Shown piece by piece: positions 1 to 10,800 of a DNA stretch of 64,000 nucleotides. The DNA lies in NCBI GenBank assembly GCA_965231135.1, contig OZ246419.1:8411-72410 (forward strand). Reading direction: 5' to 3'. The stretch comes from an uncultured Gammaproteobacteria bacterium. GTDB taxonomy: Bacteria; Patescibacteriota; Microgenomatia; UBA8517. Both the position numbers and the translations under genes were made by a program. Below the pieces are notes generated by a model that was not told the origin of the DNA, ran no database searches, and saw only the letters and a program-made list of their open reading frames with translations. How positions within the stretch are numbered: position 1 is the first letter of the stretch; each line of letters opens with the position of its first letter.

Positions 1-48
1 ATTAGAGCAGTTTATAAATTTACTTAAAAAGGTGATTACGACACATTC

Positions 49-1110
49 GTGATAAAATATCCACAGATGCAAATTCTTAAAAATATTTGGCAGAAAATTA
101 AAAACAGCGGACGAAGAACAAAAATAATTGGAATTGTTGTGATTTTGTTTTTCCTGTTTTTAATTTTGCGCGGTGGCAAAAAACCAGCACAATTAACTTA
201 TACAACAGCCGAAACAAATAATATTGCAAGCAGTGTGAGTGCATCAGGCGTGCTTAGCGGAAAAACAGTTGCAACACTTCATTTTAATCAAGCTGGAAAA
301 TTAAATTATTTAGCAGTAAATAATGGGGATACTGTCATAAAGGGACAGACAATTGCATCACTTGATTCGACACAAGCAAATGCTACTTATCAGGATGCAT
401 TAAATAATAGAAGAGAAACACAGGCAGCAGTTGATGCAGAACATGATGCAGATAAAAATAACGGAAGTAATGAAACATTTGCACAAAAAGCTGCAAGAAC
501 TGCGGCTGAAGTTGCAAACGATAATGCATGGAACACCTTGCTTGCAGCACAAGATGCATTAAGCCAAACAAATCTTACTTCGCCGATTTCAGGAATTGTT
601 GTAACTCAAGGAAATTTAGCGACAGGACAAAATGTAACTCCTACTGATGTGATAGCTCAAGTCGTTGATTTTAGTTCTAAAGACTTTGATGCAACAGTTG
701 ACGAAAGTGATATTGCAAGTGTGCAGGTTGGACAGAGCGCACAAATAACACTAAACGCTTACGGAGACACAACTTTTGACGGAAAAGTAGTTGAAATAGA
801 ACCAACAACTCAAACTGATACAACTGGAGCAGTTACAGTAACTGTCAAAATAGAAGTCAGCGATCCAAGAATTTCCCAAATTTATGGACTTAATGGAAAT
901 GCAAATATAATTACTGCGCAAAAACAAAATACACTAACTATTCCACAAGATGCATTAATTGATGACACACATGTGTATATAAAAGACGCAAACGGAAAAG
1001 TCGAAAAGCGAACAATAACAACTGGTATAAAATCTGATACTGATGTGGAAGTATTGTCGGGACTTAACGCTGGAGACAAGATAGTTACTAACCCACAAGA
1101 TGTCAAATGA
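49..1110 (+). CDS. HlyD-family efflux pump periplasmic adaptor subunit (MacA/YknX-like)
   Basis: Has an N-terminal TM anchor, a long coiled-coil-rich middle and a C-terminal beta-barrel region with motifs such as TSPISGIVV and [20 protein letters not shown]. Its stop overlaps the start of the downstream ABC ATPase (ATGA), so it reads as the first gene of a three-gene adaptor/ATPase/FtsX-permease operon. Confidence 0.8.
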   Translation: MIKYPQMQILKNIWQKIKNSGRRTKIIGIVVILFFLFLILRGGKKPAQLTYTTAETNNIASSVSASGVLSGKTVATLHFNQAGKLNYLAVNNGDTVIKGQTIASLDSTQANATYQDALNNRRETQAAVDAEHDADKNNGSNETFAQKAARTAAEVANDNAWNTLLAAQDALSQTNLTSPISGIVVTQGNLATGQNVTPTDVIAQVVDFSSKDFDATVDESDIASVQVGQSAQITLNAYGDTTFDGKVVEIEPTTQTDTTGAVTVTVKIEVSDPRISQIYGLNGNANIITAQKQNTLTIPQDALIDDTHVYIKDANGKVEKRTITTGIKSDTDVEVLSGLNAGDKIVTNPQDVK

Positions 1111-1787
1111 TGTCCAAACTTTCTGTTGATTTACAAAAGGTAAATAAAATTTTTGAAGCCGAAGGAGTAACTTTTCAAGCTCTTTATGATATTGACTTAG
1201 ATATTAAAAAAGGAGAATTTGTAGCAATCGTTGGTCCTTCTGGAAGCGGCAAATCTACACTAATGAATATTTTGGGACTACTGGACCATCCAACAAACGG
1301 GAAATATTTTTTAGATGGACAAGATGTTTCTAAACTTAAAGAAACTACACTTGCAAATATACGCAATAAAAAAATTGGATTTGTATTTCAATCTTTTAAT
1401 TTATTAAAAAGAACAAGCGCTCTTGATAATGTAATACTTCCACTTATTTATAGCGGAGTTAATGCTAGCGAGAGAAAAAGCTTAGCAGCAAAAGCTTTGC
1501 AATCTGTTGGGCTTGGGGAAAAATTAAATTCAAAACCAAATCAATTATCTGGAGGGCAACAACAAAGAGTTGCAATCGCACGAGCACTGGTAACAAACCC
1601 GGAGATAATTTTAGCTGATGAACCAACTGGAAACCTTGACAGCAAAACAGGAGAAGAAGTGATGCAAATATTTAAAGATTTAAATAAGGAAGGGCGAACA
1701 ATAATACTTATCACCCACTCCGACGAAATAGCAAAAGAAGCAAAAAGACGCGTGACAATAAAAGACGGGCATTTGTATGGACATTAA
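1107..1787 (+). CDS. ABC transporter ATP-binding protein (MacB/LolD-type ATPase)
   Basis: Carries Walker [10 protein letters not shown], the ABC signature [15 protein letters not shown] and Walker [12 protein letters not shown]. Confidence 0.9.
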   Translation: MMSKLSVDLQKVNKIFEAEGVTFQALYDIDLDIKKGEFVAIVGPSGSGKSTLMNILGLLDHPTNGKYFLDGQDVSKLKETTLANIRNKKIGFVFQSFNLLKRTSALDNVILPLIYSGVNASERKSLAAKALQSVGLGEKLNSKPNQLSGGQQQRVAIARALVTNPEIILADEPTGNLDSKTGEEVMQIFKDLNKEGRTIILITHSDEIAKEAKRRVTIKDGHLYGH

Positions 1788-2967
1788 CGAAACATTATCA
1801 AGTTCACTGACTGCAATACTTGCAAATAGACTTAGAAGTTTTTTGACAATTCTTGGAATTGTTATTGGAGTCATGTCTGTAATTTTACTTGTATCTGTCG
1901 TTTCCGGACTTCAGATTTATATAACTCAGCAAATTCAGGGATTAGGATCTAATTTAATGTTTGTAATTCCTGGAACTATTGGCGGAGGAAGAGGCCCTGG
2001 AGGAGTGCAAGCAAATAAATTATTACTAACTGATGCAAGTAACCTAAAAACCAAACTTCAAGGGCAAGCTGAAGTTTCAGCTTCAATACAAAGCGTTGGA
2101 ACGCTTAAAAATGGAAATAAAATTGATAAAGGAGTAACAATTGGCGGGGTTGATGCAAATTATACAAAACTAATTACGGCAATAAAATTTGATGAAGGAA
2201 ATTTTTTCAGCCAATCACAGGAAGATGGTTCAAGACATGTTGCAGTAATAGGAAAAACTGTAGTTACAAAACTTTTTAACTCTGATCCAATTAACAAACA
2301 AATTGATGTTGGAGGAATAAAATACACAGTAATCGGAGTAATGGGAGCACGAGGAAGTACATTTGGAATTGATATGGATAATGCAATTTTTATTCCCTTA
2401 ACTGCTGCACAAAAACAATTTGGGATAACAAACCCTAATGCAATTTATGTTTCTGCAAACTCGACTGATAATGTTAACCAAATACAAGATAAAGTGAAAG
2501 AAATACTACTTCGGCGGCTTAAAGAAGATGATTTTAGCGTCATGACACAAAGCGAAACGCTTTCAACTGTTGCACAAATAACAGGCGTACTTACAATTGC
2601 ACTTGGAGGAATTGCGGCGATATCACTTCTTGTTGGAGGAATTGGAGTAATGAATATTATGTTAGTTAGCGTTACAGAACGCACTCGAGAAATAGGACTT
2701 CGTAAAGCGCTTGGAGCAAAGCCAGATGATATAAGAAATCAATTTTTAGTTGAAGCTGTAATTTTGTCAAGCATTGGTGGAATTGTGGGAATTGGTCTTG
2801 GGTTTTTATTTTCGCAAATAATAAATCATTTTATAACAACATCTGTTCCCCTTTGGTCTGTAATTTTATCTTTTGGATTTTCAATGATTGTAGGAGTTGT
2901 TTTTGGAGTAGCACCAGCAATAAGAGCTTCAAAGCTTGATCCAATTCAAGCACTTAGATATGAGTAG
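1777..2967 (+). CDS. ABC transporter permease, FtsX/MacB-type
   Basis: Has an N-terminal TM, a large periplasmic domain and a C-terminal 3-TM FtsX-like region ([16 protein letters not shown]). It overlaps the ATPase gene. Confidence 0.85.
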   Translation: MDINETLSSSLTAILANRLRSFLTILGIVIGVMSVILLVSVVSGLQIYITQQIQGLGSNLMFVIPGTIGGGRGPGGVQANKLLLTDASNLKTKLQGQAEVSASIQSVGTLKNGNKIDKGVTIGGVDANYTKLITAIKFDEGNFFSQSQEDGSRHVAVIGKTVVTKLFNSDPINKQIDVGGIKYTVIGVMGARGSTFGIDMDNAIFIPLTAAQKQFGITNPNAIYVSANSTDNVNQIQDKVKEILLRRLKEDDFSVMTQSETLSTVAQITGVLTIALGGIAAISLLVGGIGVMNIMLVSVTERTREIGLRKALGAKPDDIRNQFLVEAVILSSIGGIVGIGLGFLFSQIINHFITTSVPLWSVILSFGFSMIVGVVFGVAPAIRASKLDPIQALRYE

Positions 2968-3005
2968 GTTGTATTTGTAAATAATATGTTAGAATTTAGT
3001 TAATT

Positions 3006-3473
3006 ATGGCGGAAGATTTTTTAGTAGAAGCTCCAGGTGTGAGAAAAGTAGAATATTTGAATGATTCAAAAGACAGGAAATTTGTTTTTGAAAGACATTC
3101 TGGTTCCTATAAGGTTGATGTTATTGAATTTAGTGTTAAATTGGGAGGAAGATGGTTTGAAATGCTGAATTGCATAAATACACCAGAACAACAAAATATA
3201 TCAATTTTTACAATTCCTGATAAAAGTATGTATGGTGAACAGCAACTTATGTATCAAGCAACTGGGGATGGGAAATTAGTAAGGGCTAGTTATCCAAGTA
3301 GAGATAGAATTGACGACCATGATGCAAGAATGAAAGCAGCAGGTTTTATGACTGTGGAAGAATTACCAAAAGAAATAGACATAAAGGCAACTTTCCACAG
3401 ATTGGCAGACCAAATTAGAGAAAAAGATTTTAGCATCCCACAATTAGTTCCTAAAGGGACTATGTTAGAATGA
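3006..3473 (+). CDS. hypothetical protein
   Basis: Rests on the ORF alone; I recognise no motif. Confidence 0.45.
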   Translation: MAEDFLVEAPGVRKVEYLNDSKDRKFVFERHSGSYKVDVIEFSVKLGGRWFEMLNCINTPEQQNISIFTIPDKSMYGEQQLMYQATGDGKLVRASYPSRDRIDDHDARMKAAGFMTVEELPKEIDIKATFHRLADQIREKDFSIPQLVPKGTMLE

Positions 3474-3485
3474 TGATTTTATATC

Positions 3486-3515
3486 TTGACAAGTCTTTTT
3501 GAAACTTTTTATATT
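3486..3515 (+). promoter_or_regulatory. sigma70-like promoter (TTGACA-17-TTATAT) about 6 nt upstream of the ATG at 3521; putative leaderless transcript
   Basis: Read directly: TTGACA at 3486-3491, a 17-nt spacer, then TTATAT/TATATT at 3509-3515, with the ATG at 3521. Confidence 0.4.
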
Positions 3516-3520
3516 TAATT

Positions 3521-3757
3521 ATGGCAACAAAGAAGAAAAGCAAGAAAACAACAAAGAAAACTTCAGCAAAGAAAAGTTATTCTAAGTCATACACGAAAGG
3601 TTATGGGAAAAGGCCTCTCTGGCAATGGATTGTGATTTATTTAGTTATTGGTGCGGTAGTTTATTTTGTAATTTATTATTTTTTTATAGCAAGAAATAAT
3701 ATGAATAATGGCTACATTTCTCCAACTACTTCTTCTTACGTGGCGCCGAATTATTAA
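3521..3757 (+). CDS. small membrane protein with a Lys-rich N-terminus (hypothetical)
   Basis: Has a KKKSKKTTKK N-terminus followed by one TM helix; a consensus promoter lies immediately upstream. Confidence 0.5.
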   Translation: MATKKKSKKTTKKTSAKKSYSKSYTKGYGKRPLWQWIVIYLVIGAVVYFVIYYFFIARNNMNNGYISPTTSSYVAPNY

Positions 3758-3786
3758 AAGCGGCTTGTTTTTGGTAAAATAGCAAT

Positions 3787-4323
3787 ATGCAAAAATTAAA
3801 ACCTGGAGTGCTTCGTCATCAGACACCTTCTGAAGAGGATTTAAAAACGATCAGACATAATCCTATCTATATAGTAAGCGATAATGTGATTGATACATAT
3901 AATATTGGATCTCTTTTTAGACTTTCTGATGCGGTTTCTGCAAAAAGACTGTTTATTTGTGGCGAGAGCGAATATCCCCCATCTTCAAGAATCCATAAAG
4001 CGGCAGTGGGAACAGAAAATTGGGTACCTTGGAGCAAGATTGATGACATAATGGAGGTAATTAATAAATTAAAAAGTGAGGGTGTACAGATAATTGCTGT
4101 AGAACAAGATAAAAGATCAATACCAATAAAAGAGTTAAGTTCTAAAGTTAAATTCCCCTGTGCGATTGTGGTGGGAAATGAAACTGGTGGAGTTAAGAAA
4201 GAGGTTTTGGAGACAGCTGATATCATTGTAGAGTTGCCAATGTACGGAATAAATCATTCATTTAATGTCTGGGGGGCTGCTGCAGTGGTGGCCTACAAAA
4301 TTACTGAATTACTTGAGAGCTGA
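3787..4323 (+). CDS. RNA 2'-O-methyltransferase, SpoU/TrmH family
   Basis: Shows SpoU-type motifs (IVVGNETGGV, a C-terminal knot region) and has the size of a standalone TrmH-like enzyme. Confidence 0.75.
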   Translation: MQKLKPGVLRHQTPSEEDLKTIRHNPIYIVSDNVIDTYNIGSLFRLSDAVSAKRLFICGESEYPPSSRIHKAAVGTENWVPWSKIDDIMEVINKLKSEGVQIIAVEQDKRSIPIKELSSKVKFPCAIVVGNETGGVKKEVLETADIIVELPMYGINHSFNVWGAAAVVAYKITELLES

Positions 4324-5208
4324 ATTTACTGTAGACTGCATGTCTGTCCAGGAATATGCACCTGGATACAAGGTTGAATTAACAAAAAAACCTGGAGTTC
4401 CTGTTACTCCAAGTGATGTTGCTAAATTTGTATCATCAGTAAGTTGAGAAACATATTTCTTGCTATTAATGCACGAAGTCATGAAATTGGTATCAACAGC
4501 GGATTTCAAGAAGTTTGCCATTGTTGTAGCGTCTTGTGGTTGATAAGCTCTAAAACCATTAGTTATATCAGTTTGTGTTGGATTAAATTTAATTTTCGTA
4601 TTATTCATTAGATTATAGCCAGCATTTGACATAAGAAGGTTATTAACCTGCCAAAATTTACTCTGTTCGTTTGCACAATATAAAGCTGTCATTCCAACTT
4701 CTCCATCACCATGGCCAGGATAATAAACAAATGCCATTGAGGCTTTTCCTTGTTTTACTAAATTTTCCATTTCGCTTGCTGGTGGTTGGTAACTACCTCC
4801 ATTAGCTGAATAAGTAAATTGAGTCCCCATTTGTTGACCAACTTCGGGATCATATCCACCGGCGGCATGGCAATATGGACAGCTAGGATCAACAACTTCT
4901 ACGAATAATAATTTAGAGTTTGCATTACCCAATTTTATGATGTTTTTATCCCATAAACCTTTAATTGTATCTAGCGAAACTGTTGGAGTGGTTGTACCAG
5001 TTGTACCTGTTCCAGTTGTTGTAGCTGTAGTATTTGTTGTTGCAGAAACTCCTGTAAGATCTTCAACTTTTTGAGTGAGGCGGCCGATTACAAATGCCAT
5101 TAAGATAACTGCAACAATTAAAATTGATTTTATATTAAACTTTTTTAAGTTTTCTAAAATACTGTTTTGTTTTGTAGTAACAGTTTCTTTTTGTTTTGCC
5201 TTAGCCAT
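4309..5208 (-). CDS. DsbA-like thiol:disulfide oxidoreductase (thioredoxin fold), membrane-anchored
   Basis: Has an N-terminal TM, a Thr/Gly-rich linker and the CPYC active site (DPSCPYCHAAGG). It sits immediately downstream of trxB. Confidence 0.75.
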   Translation of the reverse strand: MAKAKQKETVTTKQNSILENLKKFNIKSILIVAVILMAFVIGRLTQKVEDLTGVSATTNTTATTTGTGTTGTTTPTVSLDTIKGLWDKNIIKLGNANSKLLFVEVVDPSCPYCHAAGGYDPEVGQQMGTQFTYSANGGSYQPPASEMENLVKQGKASMAFVYYPGHGDGEVGMTALYCANEQSKFWQVNNLLMSNAGYNLMNNTKIKFNPTQTDITNGFRAYQPQDATTMANFLKSAVDTNFMTSCINSKKYVSQLTDDTNLATSLGVTGTPGFFVNSTLYPGAYSWTDMQSTVNSALK

Positions 5209-5217
5209 ATGCGCATT

Positions 5218-6117
5218 TTAGCCGAGATATTTCAAGGCGTCAAGAGCAGCCATACACCCCAAACCTGCCGCTGTGATTGCTTGCTTATAATGATAATCAT
5301 GAACATCGCCTGCAACAAAAACTCCCTCAACAGAAGTTAATGTGTGATATCCATCTTTTTCAAACATTTTTATAAAACCTTTTTCATCTAATTCAATTTT
5401 TCCTTGGAAAATATTGGATGACGGCGAATGACCGATTGCTACAAAAACTCCATCAACTACTAACTCTCCGTTGTTTAAAATTAATTTTTCCAGTTTTTGA
5501 TCTCCTACCATTTCTTTAATTTCTGTATTAAACATCACTTTTATTTTTGGATTTTTTAAAACTTTTTCCTGCATTATTTTTGATGCACGAAAAACATCTT
5601 TTCTACAAAGAATTGTTACTTCGCTTGCAACTTTTTCTAAAACTAAGGCTTCTTCCATTGCTGAATCTCCTCCACCAACTACTGCGACTTTTTTATTTTT
5701 AAAAAACGGTGCATCGCAGGGAGCACAAGAAGAAACACCGCGGCCAATTAATTTTTGTTCACCAGGAACTCCCAACCACACAGTTTCGGCGCCAGTTGCT
5801 ATAATCACGACTTTTGCTTTATATGAATTATTGATAGTAAAGGGCTTACTACTAAAATCTACTGAAGTTACTTTTTCGTTTACAATTTTTGCGCCAACAT
5901 TTTCTGTTTGCTTCCTCATATTGGCCATTAAATCCGGGCCCTGAATTCCATCAGGAAAGCCAGGGTAATTTTCAACTAACGTGGTAAGCATTAATTGCCC
6001 GCCCCAACTTTCTCCTGCAAAAAGAATAGTTTTTGCAGATCCTCTTGTAGTGTAAATAGCTGCGGTCAGACCGGCTGGGCCGGATCCGATCACAGCTATA
6101 TCAAAAACTTCATTCAT
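5218..6117 (-). CDS. trxB: thioredoxin-disulfide reductase
   Basis: Has the FAD-binding GSGPAGLTAA, the redox CxxC (SCAPCD) and an NADPH-binding GGGDSA motif. Confidence 0.9.
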   Translation of the reverse strand: MNEVFDIAVIGSGPAGLTAAIYTTRGSAKTILFAGESWGGQLMLTTLVENYPGFPDGIQGPDLMANMRKQTENVGAKIVNEKVTSVDFSSKPFTINNSYKAKVVIIATGAETVWLGVPGEQKLIGRGVSSCAPCDAPFFKNKKVAVVGGGDSAMEEALVLEKVASEVTILCRKDVFRASKIMQEKVLKNPKIKVMFNTEIKEMVGDQKLEKLILNNGELVVDGVFVAIGHSPSSNIFQGKIELDEKGFIKMFEKDGYHTLTSVEGVFVAGDVHDYHYKQAITAAGLGCMAALDALKYLG

Positions 6118-6119
6118 TA

Positions 6120-6350
6120 TTACATTGTTTGTCCACCGTTTGCTGGTGGCATGTTTACTCCTGAATCACCTTGACCTTCTGGTTTTGGCATTTCACCTGG
6201 CATTCCAGTTGGTTGTCCTTCTGGTGCTGGTGCTGGTGTTGCTGGTTGAGTTGGTTCTGGTGTAGGTGGCATGACTGGTGCATTTGGATCAGCTGGCATT
6301 GTTGGTTGCTGTCCTGGCATTTGTCCGCCGTTATTTTGATCTTGTTGCAT
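6120..6350 (-). CDS. Pro/Met/Gln-rich low-complexity small protein (hypothetical)
   Basis: This 76-aa ORF has repeated MP/PT/PE units and sits between trxA and trxB. A consensus SD (AAGGAGGTGA) lies 5 nt upstream of its ATG. Confidence 0.55.
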   Translation of the reverse strand: MQQDQNNGGQMPGQQPTMPADPNAPVMPPTPEPTQPATPAPAPEGQPTGMPGEMPKPEGQGDSGVNMPPANGGQTM

Positions 6351-6369
6351 TTAAATCACCTCCTTAAAA

Positions 6370-6690
6370 TTAAATTCCTTTTTTGATTAAATCTTCAAAG
6401 CTTCCTTTACCTGAAAAACCTACTTGTCTACCAATTTCTTTTCCGTCTTTAAATAAAACAGTTGTCGGAATTGACATTATTCCTAATTTTCCTGATTCGA
6501 GCGGATTTGCATCAACATCAACCTTGAGAATTGTAACTTTACCTGCATATTCATTTGACAGTTCTTCTAAAACCGGCTCTGCCATTTTGCATGGGCCGCA
6601 CCATGTTGCCCAGAAATCTACCAATACAGGAGTCGAACTTTTTAAAACTTTTTCTTCCCAATCACTGTCCGCAATATTAATAGTTGCCAT
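6370..6690 (-). CDS. trxA: thioredoxin
   Basis: Carries the WCGPC active site and is 106 aa. Confidence 0.9.
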   Translation of the reverse strand: MATINIADSDWEEKVLKSSTPVLVDFWATWCGPCKMAEPVLEELSNEYAGKVTILKVDVDANPLESGKLGIMSIPTTVLFKDGKEIGRQVGFSGKGSFEDLIKKGI

Positions 6691-6732
6691 ATTTTAAGCT
6701 GTCCACACTATATCTTTAAATTATTAATGAAG

Positions 6733-7203
6733 TCAAGAGATAAATTTATTTTTTGAGAACCTTAAAATTACCTTATTGCAGATATAAGAAAATGGTAAAG
6801 TCCAAAAAATGGTTCCCGCAAAAATAAATAAAATTATTCCGCTTCCACTTATCAATGAACCTTCTTCATAACAAACAGGGTTAGTGTTGCAAGTTAATTC
6901 TAAGACAATGAATAAAAATAAATTTAAAAGAGCTGCAATAAAGGTGATATAAATATTAGAGTTAATTATCTTCTTGAATTTAACTAAATATAAGTTTCCT
7001 AAAATAACAAAAATTATATTAAAAATATTTATTAAAAACGATCCACAAAGAAGAATAAGCATTATTAGGATTCCAACAAAAAAATAACTGATCTTAGAAT
7101 AAGAAACTGCTTCTTCTATTGGAAATAGAAGAGAGATTATTGCGATTGGGAACCAAAAAATTAAGTTTAAAGTTTTGATTACTCTTAACCAATTAACTTT
7201 CAT
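6733..7203 (-). CDS. hypothetical polytopic membrane protein
   Basis: Predicted multi-TM protein; its stop overlaps the upstream M32 gene. Confidence 0.45.
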   Translation of the reverse strand: MKVNWLRVIKTLNLIFWFPIAIISLLFPIEEAVSYSKISYFFVGILIMLILLCGSFLINIFNIIFVILGNLYLVKFKKIINSNIYITFIAALLNLFLFIVLELTCNTNPVCYEEGSLISGSGIILFIFAGTIFWTLPFSYICNKVILRFSKNKFIS

Positions 7204-8596
7204 ATTTTTCTTTTAAATAATTTACAAAATAATCTGGATTAAGAGATTCTCCTGTAACGCGTTTAACTAATTCATCTGGATAATAAAAACTTCCATACTG
7301 GTGAATATTTTTTCTTAGCCAATTTAAAATTGGTTTGAAGTTTCCAGATTCGACCAACTTATCAAAATTTTTAATATCTTTTTTAAGAAAATAATACCAT
7401 TGCCCTGCATACAAATTTCCCAAAGTATATGTTGGAAAATAGCCAAAAGAATTGTGAGCCCAATGAATATCCTGCAAAACTCCTTCGGAATTATTTTTTG
7501 GAGTGATTCCTAAATATTTTTTCATTTTCGAATTCCAGACTTCAGGCAAATCTTTAACTTTTATTTTTCCGTTAATTAGATCATTTTCAATTTCAAAACG
7601 AATTGCTATATGTAAATTGTAAGTTACCTCATCTGCATCAACTCTGATGAAACTTTTTTCAACTTTATTTAATAAATTATAAATTTCATCCGGAGTTAAA
7701 TTATATTTTGATGAAATATATTTACAAAATTGTCTACTTCTTCCAATCATATTTTCCCAGAATCTGGACTGACTTTCGTGAATCCCAAGGGAGACACCGT
7801 GATCTAAGGGAGTGTTTTCGTATTTAAGGTCTGCTCCCTGCTCGTATAAGGCGTGGCCGCCTTCATGCATTGCGCCAGTTAAACTTTCCAAACTTTTTTC
7901 GTCGTAACGATTTGTAATACGAACGTCAAACCTTCCCAAAGTCGTTTCAAAAGGGTGAGGAGCAACATCCATTCTTCCGGCATTAAAATCGTAACCCATT
8001 TTTTGCAAAACAAATCCAGCAATTTCTTTTTGTTTATTAATATTCATATTAAATTTAGTATGTTTTTTAGTTTGTTTTATATTTTTTATAATTTCTAACA
8101 ACTGTGGAGTTAATTTAGAAAATAAATTTTCGACAAATTCTGCAGTTAAACCTGGCTCGTGGAGGTCTAATAATGCATCGTATGGATTATTTTTATATCC
8201 TAAATATTTCGCTTTTTTTCTACTTATATAAATTAATTTTTCCAGATACGGAGCAAAAATATTAAAATCTTTTTTCTTTCTCGCTTCAACCCAAGCTGTA
8301 AAACTTTCAGAAATTAATTTTGATTCTTCTATTAATAATTTCTTTGGGATTTTATTGTAAATTTTTAATGATCTCTCTAAAATTCTTTTTGTATTTTTGT
8401 TTTTTTCTTTTGAAATTAAATCCTGAAAAGTTTTATCCTGCCATTTATCAGCTAGTAGTGAAACTAAAAACGCAGTTTGTTCTCCTCTGTTTTCAGCAGC
8501 TTTTTCTGGCATATTAACTTCTTCATCCCAGCTTAAAATCGCTTGGATATCAGAAAGAAGAGAAATTTCTTTATATTTTTCCTGGAGTTTGGTCAC
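7193..8596 (-). CDS. carboxypeptidase Taq-like (M32 family metallocarboxypeptidase)
   Basis: Has the HEGGHALYEQG zinc motif plus the M32 signatures HESQSRFWEN and DIHWAHNSFGYFPTYTLG. Confidence 0.9.
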   Translation of the reverse strand: MTKLQEKYKEISLLSDIQAILSWDEEVNMPEKAAENRGEQTAFLVSLLADKWQDKTFQDLISKEKNKNTKRILERSLKIYNKIPKKLLIEESKLISESFTAWVEARKKKDFNIFAPYLEKLIYISRKKAKYLGYKNNPYDALLDLHEPGLTAEFVENLFSKLTPQLLEIIKNIKQTKKHTKFNMNINKQKEIAGFVLQKMGYDFNAGRMDVAPHPFETTLGRFDVRITNRYDEKSLESLTGAMHEGGHALYEQGADLKYENTPLDHGVSLGIHESQSRFWENMIGRSRQFCKYISSKYNLTPDEIYNLLNKVEKSFIRVDADEVTYNLHIAIRFEIENDLINGKIKVKDLPEVWNSKMKKYLGITPKNNSEGVLQDIHWAHNSFGYFPTYTLGNLYAGQWYYFLKKDIKNFDKLVESGNFKPILNWLRKNIHQYGSFYYPDELVKRVTGESLNPDYFVNYLKEKYES

Positions 8597-8605
8597 AAGA
8601 GGATT

Positions 8606-9157
8606 TTACATCAGAAATGCAAAAATTAAAATGATCGCGAAATTTGTAAGAAGATAAATTGTTAACTGGTTTTGGTCTAATTGAATTGGAATATTTTTAA
8701 ACCAGTTTTGTAAATTTATATTAGTTTTTAAATCAAGATATTCATCTAAAAGAAGATGTAGTAAAAAAGCTATAACAAGACCTTTCCCAAGCAAACTACT
8801 TGATGAAGTAATGACAAGAAAACTTAAAATTACAAAAATAATTTGAAATAATATGGAATGAAAAATTAAATTCGTTCGCTCGCTTCGAGTGTTTGATAAA
8901 ATGTTCCAGCTTTCTGTTAAATTTCCTTTTTGAGCTTGATACATTACACGCTGGCTGGTTAACTCATAAGGCTTTAAATAATAAACATAAATCACGTGAT
9001 CAATATCTGGCAAGACTGCGCCAATAAGACCGCCAATTAAATATGGAAGGAAAATTAAATTATTAGAAAGATTTTGTAGATTCAAAAAGCGCAAAAGAAA
9101 AACTGGAATAAATAATAGAATGGTTGTAATTAAATGGAGGGCAAGCTCTTTTTTCAT
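8606..9157 (-). CDS. membrane protein, possible YdjM/DUF457-like metal-dependent hydrolase
   Basis: Multi-TM protein with an LPDIDH motif. Confidence 0.35.
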   Translation of the reverse strand: MKKELALHLITTILLFIPVFLLRFLNLQNLSNNLIFLPYLIGGLIGAVLPDIDHVIYVYYLKPYELTSQRVMYQAQKGNLTESWNILSNTRSERTNLIFHSILFQIIFVILSFLVITSSSSLLGKGLVIAFLLHLLLDEYLDLKTNINLQNWFKNIPIQLDQNQLTIYLLTNFAIILIFAFLM

Positions 9158-9172
9158 TTAAATCATTTTAAA

Positions 9173-10141
9173 CTAATTTGTGAATTCTTGCACAAAAATT
9201 TTGCCGTAAAAACCATTATCAATTACTCCGATTCCAATTTTTTTGAAATCTTTATCTAAAATATTTGCCTTATGACCGGGAGAATTCATTAATCCAGTGT
9301 GGGCAACTTCGACTGTTGGAGCAAGCGCCAGATTTTCCCCTGCTACTTGATAGCTAATTTCTGCTTGTTGCATACGGTAAGCAACATCGTGGCCTTCTTG
9401 ATCATAATGGCCAAAATAATGATTTTGCCACATAAATTTTCCATAATTTTCCCCAAGAACTACTAATTTTATATCCCATGTGAGAGCTTGTATTCCGCGC
9501 ATAGTTCGCTCTTCATTAACTAACTGAAACATTTTTGTTTCATCATCGCGATCAATCGTTAAATTATTACTTGGGGCATCAAGGGGAACTGAAGTTTTAC
9601 TTTCTGGCTCAACAGTTAAATAAGTGAGCGACTGGTTTATGGCTCCTCCGAAAACATTATCAATTTCTTTTTCTAAACCAGCGGTTTTGCTGAGGATATA
9701 ATTTCCAATTTGAGAATTACTGATATCTGTTTTAATTTTAGGATTTATTGGAAGAGCAATTGCTAAAGTAATGACAAAGGCAACTAAAATAACTCCTTGA
9801 GCAAAAGAAAGAATACAGCCAATAATTTTGTTTACTGGATGATGAAGAATTTTTGTGGGGATTTTTGAAATGAGTAAAGTTAGAAAATAACTAATAATAA
9901 TTTCAATAAAAACTGCAGAAACTAAAAAACCAACTGCGTTTGCGATTTGTAAATTAATTGCAAAATTTTTCTGGAGAATACTGCTTATAAATTGATAAGT
10001 CTTTAAAGATAATAAAAGCGAACCAAAAAAGGAAATAAAATCAATAAGAATTGACCAGAAACCATTTACAAAACCTTGGTAAGTAAAAATGATTAAAACT
10101 AAAATTATTACAAGATCTACCCAATTACCAGAAAAATTCAT
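9173..10141 (-). CDS. CvpA-family membrane protein fused to a C-terminal CAP/SCP (YkwD-like) domain
   Basis: The N-terminal ~160 aa form a 4-TM CvpA-like segment. The C-terminus has a CAP signature (LVNEERT..., GENLA, MNSPGHKANIL, IGIGV). Confidence 0.65.
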   Translation of the reverse strand: MNFSGNWVDLVIILVLIIFTYQGFVNGFWSILIDFISFFGSLLLSLKTYQFISSILQKNFAINLQIANAVGFLVSAVFIEIIISYFLTLLISKIPTKILHHPVNKIIGCILSFAQGVILVAFVITLAIALPINPKIKTDISNSQIGNYILSKTAGLEKEIDNVFGGAINQSLTYLTVEPESKTSVPLDAPSNNLTIDRDDETKMFQLVNEERTMRGIQALTWDIKLVVLGENYGKFMWQNHYFGHYDQEGHDVAYRMQQAEISYQVAGENLALAPTVEVAHTGLMNSPGHKANILDKDFKKIGIGVIDNGFYGKIFVQEFTN

Positions 10142-10167
10142 GTTTATATTATATAATAGATTTAATT

Positions 10168-10521
10168 ATGAGCTCAGGCATAGAAAGAGATTATGAAACA
10201 GGAGAAATTACAATTATAAATCCTGATGCAATGAGTTTCAAAGAAAAAGGACAACAATATTTCAGAGCTATTAAGGGTGGTGTATTACATAATTCTTTTT
10301 TTCTATTTCAACAAGCTCGCATATTGATACAATTGCCGTCCGCGCCTAATGGCGAAATAAGACAAAATAATGAAATTATTGCTAGAGGGAAAATTGTAAC
10401 TTTAGCTTCTACAATAGTTACTGACGAAGATGGTAATACTTACCATAAAAATATGAAAGGAATTTATGAAAAAGGCTCAATTACAGTTGCTAATACTCCT
10501 GGAGTAATATTTTTTAGATAA
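10168..10521 (+). CDS. hypothetical protein
   Basis: Rests on the ORF alone. Confidence 0.4.
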   Translation: MSSGIERDYETGEITIINPDAMSFKEKGQQYFRAIKGGVLHNSFFLFQQARILIQLPSAPNGEIRQNNEIIARGKIVTLASTIVTDEDGNTYHKNMKGIYEKGSITVANTPGVIFFR

Positions 10522-10800
10522 CTACTTTTTCTTTTCTTCTTTTAACTGTTTTAACTTCCACATAAAAAGTCTTGCTTTACTTCTAGCGTTATCTGCATCT
10601 TTGACAAAAGTGCGGGCATTTTCAAGCAAGATTCTTGGAGTCGTTTTTGCTAATTTCATATAAAGAGATTTATGTTCTAAATCTCCTAATTCAACTGCTA
10701 AATCGTATGCATATTTTTGGAATTCAGCGGAAATGAATTTATCTTTATCAGTTAATTGATATTTTTTAAGCGTATCGGAGAGATTCGAAAAATTCGTCAT
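10522..10800 (-). CDS. hypothetical protein
   Basis: ORF overlapping the start of pth by 35 nt, so its true start may be internal. Confidence 0.35.
   Translation of the reverse strand: MTNFSNLSDTLKKYQLTDKDKFISAEFQKYAYDLAVELGDLEHKSLYMKLAKTTPRILLENARTFVKDADNARSKARLFMWKLKQLKEEKKK

Noticed and set aside
6171-6386. W/C-rich 71-aa plus-strand ORF
   Set aside because: It is the mirror image of the Pro/Met-rich minus-strand gene (CCN/CAT codons read as Trp/Cys antisense), and it has no RBS.
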